This document shows positions 40,362-48,401 of a stretch of 64,000 nt of DNA, one piece after another. The notes beneath the pieces are model-generated. The model was not told where the DNA came from. It saw nothing but the letters and a program-made list of their open reading frames with translations, and ran no database searches. Source of the stretch: a virus. The translations under genes were made by a program, and so were the position numbers. Position 1 is the stretch's first letter. Each line of letters opens with the position of its first letter. Where the stretch lies: IMG/VR virus record IMGVR_UViG_3300027784_000005, positions 1,121-65,120 of that record. The stretch is one strand, 5' to 3'.

Positions 40362-40652
40362 TTATTTTCTATAATAAGGGCATTCATGGCAAGTTATTAG
40401 CCGAGTAGAGTTTCTGACATATTCATCCTTATGGATTGGGTGAGTACAATAAGGGTATTTACCATTTAAAGGTCCTTGAAAATTTGCTTTCCTTAAATCC
40501 TTAAGAAACATAAATCTACAATCTTTCTTAATGTTACTAGCTTTAAAGGTTTGAATAAAAGGCCTACCCTCTATTTCTTCTCTTTGTTTAGCTATAGATT
40601 TTAATCTATTAAGTTTATATGCTAAATTTTCAAATTTATCGACTGTATCCAT
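40362..40652 (-). CDS. hypothetical protein, possible Zn-binding (C..CxH..CxxC)
   Basis: DCRF...YCTHP...CHECPYY. Confidence 0.55.
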   Translation of the reverse strand: MDTVDKFENLAYKLNRLKSIAKQREEIEGRPFIQTFKASNIKKDCRFMFLKDLRKANFQGPLNGKYPYCTHPIHKDEYVRNSTRLITCHECPYYRK

Positions 40653-40654
40653 GA

Positions 40655-41239
40655 TTATACATTAAAACGTGATTTATTTAATTCAAGTCTTCTTCTAGAG
40701 ATAGTTTGAAGTAGACCTCCCCTATCATGAATAGTATCTCTTAGAGAGAAAAGTAAACTCATGTTTTTCTTTAGGTCTGATAGTTTCTTTTGGTAATTTG
40801 AGTAAATCGGACCCCAATCTGGGTTTAAAAGAACCTGATCCTCTATCTCTTGCTTTGTAACAGAGCCGAACCAATTGTTAGGTACCTTATCTCTGTCTTT
40901 TATTTTTTTCCTTTTTTCAAATAAATTCTGACGGGCTTTTTCAGATACATCAGCATACCAAGCCCTGAATTCTCTTTCTATTTCATTCACCTTATGTTCT
41001 AATTCAGAGGCTGCAGCCATAAAAGTAAACCTCCAATAACTCACCCTATCTAAGGCACGATCTAGTTCTTTATCACTGATCTCATCAAGATTTTCTTTAT
41101 CAAAACTTAAAAGATCATCTACTGATTTCTTAAAGACTTTTCCGTTAATCTTAAATTTAATCTCAAAGAATGAGGGATCTATATCATGAGACCCCTCATC
41201 CAATGCTTTCTTTGAGTTTTTATTTCCTATCTTAGCCAT
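40655..41239 (-). CDS. UvsY-like recombination mediator (putative)
   Basis: Helical protein in the recombination cluster with UvsY-like size and pattern. Confidence 0.45.
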   Translation of the reverse strand: MAKIGNKNSKKALDEGSHDIDPSFFEIKFKINGKVFKKSVDDLLSFDKENLDEISDKELDRALDRVSYWRFTFMAAASELEHKVNEIEREFRAWYADVSEKARQNLFEKRKKIKDRDKVPNNWFGSVTKQEIEDQVLLNPDWGPIYSNYQKKLSDLKKNMSLLFSLRDTIHDRGGLLQTISRRRLELNKSRFNV

Positions 41240-41246
41240 CTTCTAC

Positions 41247-42281
41247 TTAATTTAATAGCAATTTACCTGCAAAAGATTCCATTTTGTATTTCTCTTCTTG
41301 TTCAAAGTCTTTTGCTTTTTCAGTGATATTATTAAACACTTTATATAAAGATACATCCGGCTCTGGGAGTTCTTCTAATTCCCCTTGAGTAAATTTCTTA
41401 AGATCAGTAAGAGTTGATTTCCTATAATCTGTATCTATTTCTAGTAGATACTCATCAACAAAATCAGGGTCTTGAGTAATTTTCTTCATAGAATTAAATA
41501 TTGACTTTAATTCTTTTGCAGAAAGTTTACGGTCTAATCCTTTTACTTTAGATTCCAACATCTGGGAATCTATGTGCATTTCTTTTATCCTTTTAATAAA
41601 CCCGTTGATAACTGACTCGAGTTTTCTATTAGGTTTAGGTCTACATTTTACAGAAGCTAGATTTGAAGGAGTTAGGATTTGATTCAAACATACAAGCCGG
41701 TTCAAAAGGATATTAGCGATTGTGGTTTTATGCCCAGAGGGAGAGTTGAGTATTGATACTCCCACGTCATATTTATCATTATCATCAAATTTAATCTCGG
41801 AGAATGGGCCTTCATCCCCTTGATTAATAATAATAGCTGCCCAAGAGTCACTTATTAATCCTCCCAATCTATCGTCCATATTATATTCTTCCCTAAAAGG
41901 TTCAAACAACTGACCGTGAGGTAAACCTACAAAATCATCTTTTACAAAATTAACAATAGCACCGTCATTACGGTATATAACTTTAGCTCTACTCGAAGCC
42001 TCTTCCGCTAAACGATCAATATTACGTTGTAAAAGATCTATTGGTATTCTAGAAGCAAAAGGATTTGGGATACGTAGAGTTTTACAAAGTCCTTTAAGTG
42101 CTCCAGCTGTACTTCTTTTGGATTCTCCTTGTACTTGAAAAGACCCATCTTCATTTAAAGATATATCTGAGAAATCCATCTCATCTGTTATAGAATACTC
42201 ATACTTTTCATATAACTTTGATAATTCATCAAAGTTTTTAAAAGTATCTCTATTTTCAGGTTCAAAAGTTAAATTTTTCAT
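41247..42281 (-). CDS. DUF932-family protein
   Basis: SILNSPSG...RLVCLNQ matches the DUF932 NSxDG...RxVCxNG motif. Confidence 0.65.
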   Translation of the reverse strand: MKNLTFEPENRDTFKNFDELSKLYEKYEYSITDEMDFSDISLNEDGSFQVQGESKRSTAGALKGLCKTLRIPNPFASRIPIDLLQRNIDRLAEEASSRAKVIYRNDGAIVNFVKDDFVGLPHGQLFEPFREEYNMDDRLGGLISDSWAAIIINQGDEGPFSEIKFDDNDKYDVGVSILNSPSGHKTTIANILLNRLVCLNQILTPSNLASVKCRPKPNRKLESVINGFIKRIKEMHIDSQMLESKVKGLDRKLSAKELKSIFNSMKKITQDPDFVDEYLLEIDTDYRKSTLTDLKKFTQGELEELPEPDVSLYKVFNNITEKAKDFEQEEKYKMESFAGKLLLN

Positions 42282-42348
42282 AATTTTTTATATTAATTGA
42301 GGGGTGTATTATTAATATAAATTTTAAGTAAAAATTCTTTAGATATCC

Positions 42349-43311
42349 TTATCTTAATTCCATGAAATACTTAAGATTTAGGTTTTTATATAGACTTCTG
42401 AACTCATTCTTTTTTAATAATGAATCTATCTTATCAGGATTAGCTTTTTCTTTGTTTTTAATATGGTTATCAACAAACTCTTTTATCTCTGGAGTTAAAG
42501 GGGCTTCTCTATAATCAACCAATTTGATATTCTGGTGGAGTTGTTTTTGAACCGACTCTTCTTTAAGCTCAGATTTTTTTGAACCGGGTTTTTGTTTCTC
42601 TGCCCATTTAATAATTCCTTTAGGGTTAAATTCATCTAACTCATTGAGCATTTTAATTATACTCTTTTCACCAAACCCATTTAAAGGTTTTTTAATATTA
42701 TCATGCCCCCCGATCAAAGCTTGATAGAGATTTATACCCTCTAAAGGGAAACCAAATTGAGTCTTAAAAGAGTTTTTACTTACATACTCATCTTTAATAG
42801 CTCTATAAACTGTACAATCTATATGGTCACATAATTGTATCCAATCAAAATCATCACTAATAGCTAAAACTTCTCTATTGATCTGTTTCAATCTATATCC
42901 GAAAAAATAAGCTATCTCATCAGCTTCATAATTAGGATATTCAATATATTTTACACCTAGCGCGGGGAGAGTTTCTTTTAATATTTTACGGGAAGCATTT
43001 AATATATCACTACTAGAGAATTGTTCTCCAGATTGAACTTCTTTAAATTTTTGGCGAGATTCTTCATCTTTAAATTTATATTCTGGATATATCTCTCTTC
43101 TCCATTTACAAGACCCCCCACCCATAACAAAATAGATTGACTGAATGGGTTCTACAGTGGAGTAGAATAAAGTATTTAGTTGATCTAATACCCCCATTGA
43201 GAGACCAGTCGGTACTCCTTTTGAGTTCTGTAAGGTTCTTAGTCCTGGTTGATAAAGATGACGGTGGCACAAATGATCTCCGTCAATAAGTAGGTTTACT
43301 TTTTTACTCAT
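42349..43311 (-). CDS. 5'-3' exonuclease/flap endonuclease (T4 RNase H-like)
   Basis: LLIDGD, YEADE, SDDFD, ALIGGHDNI. Confidence 0.85.
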   Translation of the reverse strand: MSKKVNLLIDGDHLCHRHLYQPGLRTLQNSKGVPTGLSMGVLDQLNTLFYSTVEPIQSIYFVMGGGSCKWRREIYPEYKFKDEESRQKFKEVQSGEQFSSSDILNASRKILKETLPALGVKYIEYPNYEADEIAYFFGYRLKQINREVLAISDDFDWIQLCDHIDCTVYRAIKDEYVSKNSFKTQFGFPLEGINLYQALIGGHDNIKKPLNGFGEKSIIKMLNELDEFNPKGIIKWAEKQKPGSKKSELKEESVQKQLHQNIKLVDYREAPLTPEIKEFVDNHIKNKEKANPDKIDSLLKKNEFRSLYKNLNLKYFMELR

Positions 43312-43364
43312 ACCTTCTTTGTTTTTCTTAACATAATTATCTTGTCTTTTTCTTCATCGTTCAT
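43308..43364 (-). CDS. micro-ORF B (18 aa, MNDEEKDKIIMLRKTKKV)
   Basis: ATGA overlaps at both ends. Confidence 0.4.
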   Translation of the reverse strand: MNDEEKDKIIMLRKTKKV

Positions 43365-43408
43365 TTATGTTGTTTGAGTGTTATATTTTGAATTTTCTGT
43401 GACATCAT
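43361..43408 (-). CDS. micro-ORF A (15 aa, MMSQKIQNITLKQHK)
   Basis: ATGA overlaps at both ends. Confidence 0.35.
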   Translation of the reverse strand: MMSQKIQNITLKQHK

Positions 43409-43680
43409 TTCTCTATTGTTATTTCGGGGATTAGTACTTTATCATAAAATTCATTAATATGTTTTCTTAGAATTTCAATCAATAAATCTTTATGGGTTTG
43501 AGGGGTACTCACTATACCAAAAGCTATTTGTTTTTTAAGCCTTACTTCGGTTTTAAATCCGTCAGTTATTCTAGGTATTTCAATTCTAACCCCAGCAAAA
43601 TTATCATCTTCAGTAAATGAAGGATTATAAGTAATATAAACCCCTTTTAGACATGTAGTAAATTCCAAAGAATATTTCAT
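43405..43680 (-). CDS. hypothetical protein
   Basis: 91-aa ORF. Confidence 0.6.
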   Translation of the reverse strand: MKYSLEFTTCLKGVYITYNPSFTEDDNFAGVRIEIPRITDGFKTEVRLKKQIAFGIVSTPQTHKDLLIEILRKHINEFYDKVLIPEITIEK

Positions 43681-43702
43681 AAGATTTTATTTTTAATATA
43701 AA

Positions 43703-46700
43703 TTAAATAGTTTCTTTTGTTTGTTTTTCTCTTAGAATTTTGAGTCTATAATTAATTGTTTTTGGATGAACGTTATATTCAATATTATCCCAACCCCATC
43801 TTTTTAAGAATACTTCCGGCTCTGCAATCAATGGGAGATTAAAGGGCTTAGGAGTTAATTCCATTAATTCTTTAACCTCTCCTACTAAATGTATTTCATC
43901 TTTATGAAATTCAAAAATCAAAGCATCATGTACATTCAATAAGAAATGTGATTTAGCTTTTTTCTTTCTCAACATTTTATGTGCTTTGATTGCCCCTAAT
44001 TGAGTGATATCTGAGGCTGTACTCTGAATAATAGCATTAAGGCCTTCCCTTAAAGCCTCGGCTTGTTTATCCTCATCAGGAGATAAAATTTGAGGTAACC
44101 TCCTTATTCTACCAAAACAATTTTCTACGTAGCCATATTGTTGTATAAATCTATGAATCTTTTTGATAAATTGATCTACTCCTTTATATAATTTGAAAAA
44201 CTCTCTACGAAAATGTTGCATTTCTTCAATAGTGGGTATGTCGTCTTCATCCCCCGATTTTTCCTTAATACCAGCTAAAGCGCGTTTTGCTGAATTATGT
44301 ACTGAGAAGTGATTTACTGTATAATAGGGTTCTTCATTTACTGTTAAATCATATACTTTTTTAACTCCTATCTCTTTAGATTCAACTAGCCTAGTCATAT
44401 AATGATTATCATTAATGATTGATAAATTATACTCCTTAGTTTTTCCATTTTTTGCTGTATGTTTCTTTTTATATAAAAACCCTATATCTAGTAAGAATTT
44501 ATCAATGTGATAAGTTATGATTTGTAATCTGTTTTTCTTTATTTTACTAACTATACCCCAATTAGTTAACATCTCTTGAAGGTCCTTTAATAATCGGGGG
44601 GACATTGATTTATAAGAAATCCCCCCTCTAGTACTAATAGAGCCATCCCCCTCAAAAATAGCTTGTAAAAAGGTTTTTTGAAATTCTTTTGGACTATTTT
44701 TTATCCAATCGGGGATATATTTATTATGTGACCTATCATTACCTTTTTCCATTAATTCCATAAACCATTCACACATGATTATGGAGGTTATATATAATGT
44801 TCTACTACGAGGTATTGGGTTACCCTGTAGATCCTTTTTAATTACCTTTTTACCCTCAGTATTTTTTCTGCGTATGTATTTATCTTTATCTGATAATGTA
44901 ATATGGTCTTCTGGGAATATGTTTTTACTTACTTCAACTATTTTATCCCAAAATTTATCACTTTTATTTGTGTAACCTTGACATATATTTAAACCATGGT
45001 AGAAATTTCTACGGAGTGGTTGTGGTAATCTAACCGACCCCTCAGATAACCAAGCTCCCATAAATGTAGCTAAATCTTGAGTCATGTATTTTGGAGGTTG
45101 CCAATCAACCTTTTTATATTTCATATTCCCCAAATCAACCTTAGGTAATTTATTATCTTCCCCAAAAACTTGGGTGTTATATACTTTTATAACGGGCTCA
45201 CCGATTTTTATATCCCCAATAGATTTAAACCCTAATACAGATTGAATTTCATGATTAGGCGTACAAGTAAGAGTAGACCCATCAGAGAATGTATATTCTT
45301 TAACTAATCTTTCCCCGTTTTTATGCAATTGTTCAACTTCGAATTCCCCTTTATAGTTTATAACCTTATCCCCTTTTTTAATGTCTTGGATATATTTATA
45401 TCCTTTATTGGTTAATACTTTAGAAAATTCAGGAAAACACCCCCCATAGATAAAGCCGAAGTTTACTAACTTAGCTCTCTTTCTTTCCCATTTTGTAACT
45501 TCATGAGGTTTCTTTTTAAAGATAAAACAAGCTGTAGTAAGGTGGACATCCCCTCCTTCTTGATATACTTTTAATAAAACTGGGTCCTGAGAGTAATAAC
45601 TCATCACTCTAAGTTCAACCTGTGAAAAGTCTATCTCTACTGGGTAATAATTTGGATCAGCTGTAAACATCCCTTTTATTTTCTTTTCCCTGGGGATATT
45701 TTGAAGATTGGGATTTTTTGAAGAGGTTCTACCTGTTACAGTACCATGTAACAGGAAATCATTGTGGATACGATCATTATAATCTACTTTATCAATAAAA
45801 GGACGGAGATAGGTTGTTAAAGCTTTATTAAAACCCCTGTATTCAAGTATATGATTTACAATCTTAATATTCTCTGAATTTTTGGGTATCTCTTTTAATA
45901 CCCCTTCAGAGGTAGATGGTTGACTGGTTTCAGTATAACCCATTACAGGTAGTTTTAATTCTTTATATAAAACCTGTTGAAGTTGAGGGGTAGAGTTGAG
46001 ATTGAATTCTTTACCTGCAACTTTAAATACCTCTTTTAAATGCTTAGCTTCTTCAATTTCATATTCTTTGATTGTATTTTTAACGTAAGGTACATCAATC
46101 TTTGTTCCCCTCATTTCAGCATCAGCATATACTCTTGTTAAAGGCATATAGAAATGAAATAATAATCTCTTTAGATTGGGAGTTAATTCTTTATAAAAAT
46201 CTCTAGCTAATCTTAATGTTAGATCACAGTCTATACAACAGTATCTACCTAATACGGGTAGAGGGATATCTCCGAAGGTTGATTCTTCTTCTTTTTTCTT
46301 AGTTAAATATTTATCTAATTCTTCATCGTAACCCCTGTATTCTGGGTATTTTTGATTAATTACAACTTTTAATCCATGCTTCTTATTCTCATCTAGGATA
46401 TAATGGGCTAACATAGTATCCATCCAAAGATTGGGAATTCTAATATTAAAATGATACTCACACATTTTTGTATCAAATTTGATATTATGGGCTATCTTCT
46501 TGGGTTTTTTAGCTAATAACACCATCTTAATTAATCTAAAAACCTCTTCATCTTCATCTCCCCAATAACTATAATAATCATCATCAAAACTTGAAACATT
46601 TGGTTCTTCATATAAAGAATCATCTTTTTTAACCATGAGGGGGATATAAACCCCCGTTTTTGGTTTCAAAGAAAAACCAATACCCAATAAGTGATGTTTC

Positions 46701-47419
46701 CAAAAAACATTACCCGTAGTTTCAACGTCAAAAGAATAATGTTTAGCTTCTATAGCTTTTTCAGCAAAAGATCTAACATCAGCTAAGTTGTCTAATACTG
46801 TATAATTACCTTTTATCTTTTTTGTTTTATAGCTCCCTGATAAAATCCCTTTCAGAGTCTTAAAGTCATAATCAAATTCTTCTTTATACTGAGGTGTTCT
46901 TATAATATAAGCTGGATGATACATGGGGAGTAATTTTACTCCATACGTTTCATCATTGATTACCCTACCGTGGTTTTTTGTAATACCGCCTTTTAATTTA
47001 AATCTTTCACAAGAGCCCGTGCCTAAAAGGACAATAGCCTTTGGTTTAGTGTGCTGTATTATAGCATCTAAGTTTTCAGCACAATGTTTTTGTTCTTTCT
47101 TTTTGGGCTTTCTATCTTTGACTTGACCCGATATGGGGTCAATATTCTCTGGCCTACAAGCTACGGTATTACATAAGGCAAAATTTGTAATCCCAAACTC
47201 ATGGATTGTTTTTTGTAATAATTTCCCGGCTCTTCCTTGAAATACCTTCCCTATTCTCTTTTCTTGACCACCAGGTGCTTCCCCAACAAATAATACCTCA
47301 CAATTGTCTAGGTCTCCCCAATAGTTATGGGGATTATAGCTTTGTTCACAATACAAGGGGCAATCATCGCAATTTGATAAAGGTAACGATATCTCACCTT
47401 TTTTTATTTTCTTCGACAT
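43703..47419 (-). CDS. polA: family A DNA polymerase with an N-terminal uracil-DNA glycosylase domain, 3'-5' exonuclease and an intein
   Basis: UDG family 4 motifs (CxxC, VGEAPG, GRAG, YHPA); exonuclease FDVET, HNIKFD, YCCIDCD; motifs A DFSQVELR, B RKRAKLVNFGFIYG, C VHDA. Confidence 0.95.
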   Translation of the reverse strand: MSKKIKKGEISLPLSNCDDCPLYCEQSYNPHNYWGDLDNCEVLFVGEAPGGQEKRIGKVFQGRAGKLLQKTIHEFGITNFALCNTVACRPENIDPISGQVKDRKPKKKEQKHCAENLDAIIQHTKPKAIVLLGTGSCERFKLKGGITKNHGRVINDETYGVKLLPMYHPAYIIRTPQYKEEFDYDFKTLKGILSGSYKTKKIKGNYTVLDNLADVRSFAEKAIEAKHYSFDVETTGNVFWKHHLLGIGFSLKPKTGVYIPLMVKKDDSLYEEPNVSSFDDDYYSYWGDEDEEVFRLIKMVLLAKKPKKIAHNIKFDTKMCEYHFNIRIPNLWMDTMLAHYILDENKKHGLKVVINQKYPEYRGYDEELDKYLTKKKEEESTFGDIPLPVLGRYCCIDCDLTLRLARDFYKELTPNLKRLLFHFYMPLTRVYADAEMRGTKIDVPYVKNTIKEYEIEEAKHLKEVFKVAGKEFNLNSTPQLQQVLYKELKLPVMGYTETSQPSTSEGVLKEIPKNSENIKIVNHILEYRGFNKALTTYLRPFIDKVDYNDRIHNDFLLHGTVTGRTSSKNPNLQNIPREKKIKGMFTADPNYYPVEIDFSQVELRVMSYYSQDPVLLKVYQEGGDVHLTTACFIFKKKPHEVTKWERKRAKLVNFGFIYGGCFPEFSKVLTNKGYKYIQDIKKGDKVINYKGEFEVEQLHKNGERLVKEYTFSDGSTLTCTPNHEIQSVLGFKSIGDIKIGEPVIKVYNTQVFGEDNKLPKVDLGNMKYKKVDWQPPKYMTQDLATFMGAWLSEGSVRLPQPLRRNFYHGLNICQGYTNKSDKFWDKIVEVSKNIFPEDHITLSDKDKYIRRKNTEGKKVIKKDLQGNPIPRSRTLYITSIIMCEWFMELMEKGNDRSHNKYIPDWIKNSPKEFQKTFLQAIFEGDGSISTRGGISYKSMSPRLLKDLQEMLTNWGIVSKIKKNRLQIITYHIDKFLLDIGFLYKKKHTAKNGKTKEYNLSIINDNHYMTRLVESKEIGVKKVYDLTVNEEPYYTVNHFSVHNSAKRALAGIKEKSGDEDDIPTIEEMQHFRREFFKLYKGVDQFIKKIHRFIQQYGYVENCFGRIRRLPQILSPDEDKQAEALREGLNAIIQSTASDITQLGAIKAHKMLRKKKAKSHFLLNVHDALIFEFHKDEIHLVGEVKELMELTPKPFNLPLIAEPEVFLKRWGWDNIEYNVHPKTINYRLKILREKQTKETI
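44294..45439 (-). mobile_element. contiguous intein with a LAGLIDADG homing endonuclease in polA (382 aa)
   Basis: YGG/CFPEFSKVLT ... FSVHN/SAKR; block B TPNH; LAGLIDADG blocks FMGAWLSEGS and LQAIFEGDGS. Confidence 0.95.
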
Positions 47420-47612
47420 ATATATAGAGCTTTTTATCTTCTATTATTGAACCTACTATAGAGAAGGTTTTTTCTTTTCCTAAAATTTCAGCAGGTATTT
47501 CTATAGGTAATTTTTCTTTAATGTCTTCATGTAGGTTTTTCAAAGCTTCTAAATATATTATATCGCCGGTATTATCTACGACACCGGCTTCTCTTAGTAA
47601 TATTTTATCCAT
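47394..47612 (-). CDS. hypothetical protein
   Basis: 72-aa ORF overlapping both neighbours. Confidence 0.55.
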   Translation of the reverse strand: MDKILLREAGVVDNTGDIIYLEALKNLHEDIKEKLPIEIPAEILGKEKTFSIVGSIIEDKKLYIYVEENKKR

Positions 47613-47886
47613 TAGCTTTTCTCTTTGATTTTCTATAACCTTTAAAAGACTCGGTGTCTTTAAACAAATCCATTTCTTTTCTATGTCTTAATATATCTTT
47701 CCTTATAAGATTAGCCTCATCTCTTACATCTTTTAATAGGGCTCTGACTCTAGTACCGGGAGCTTTTATTCCTTTTTTATAAAACCTCCTTAAATCTGTC
47801 TGGTCTGTTTCTTCTAAAGTCTTTATCCACTCATCAATTAAATCTCTAGTGGTTTTTAATTTCTGTATTAGTTTATGGAGAGTCAT
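47605..47886 (-). CDS. histone H1-like (Hc1-type) small basic protein, paralog 2
   Basis: RRFYKKGIKAPGTRVRALLKDVRDEANLIRKDI. Confidence 0.6.
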   Translation of the reverse strand: MTLHKLIQKLKTTRDLIDEWIKTLEETDQTDLRRFYKKGIKAPGTRVRALLKDVRDEANLIRKDILRHRKEMDLFKDTESFKGYRKSKRKANG

Positions 47887-48401
47887 ATGTTCAAGGTTAT
47901 TTTATCATTTGATAATACTGCTTGAGTAGGAACCACCCCGATCTCCCGGATCAATCTATTTAGTATCTCATTCTCATCATCATTGGGGTAATAAGGGGGG
48001 TGTCTGTAAACGATCCTATTACAACCTGCTCCACATAAAACTTGATAACAATGACTACAAGGGTGATGAGTTATATAAGCAGTGAAGCCTTTATCTTTAT
48101 AGTTATCTTTTAACTCTAGTACAGCTGAGACCTCAGAATGTAAGGTCTTTCTACACCTTCCATCTTTATTTAAGATACACCCATCCTGATCAAATGTGCA
48201 ATGAGGAGTATTGGGGTGTGAGGAGTTATAACCCATTGATATTGTTCTCCCTTTATTAACTAATACACAACCAACCTTTTGTTTTTTACAGGTCCCCCTC
48301 ATTGATACCAACCCAGCCATTATTATATAATAAGAGTCTCTATCTAATCTTCCACTATAAAAAGAAGTATCAAGTTCTAATATCTGTGAGGTATCACTCA
48401 T
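47883..48401 (-). CDS. dCMP deaminase
   Basis: KVGCVLV, SMGYN, HSE, PCSHC zinc-deaminase motifs. Confidence 0.9.
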   Translation of the reverse strand: MSDTSQILELDTSFYSGRLDRDSYYIIMAGLVSMRGTCKKQKVGCVLVNKGRTISMGYNSSHPNTPHCTFDQDGCILNKDGRCRKTLHSEVSAVLELKDNYKDKGFTAYITHHPCSHCYQVLCGAGCNRIVYRHPPYYPNDDENEILNRLIREIGVVPTQAVLSNDKITLNI

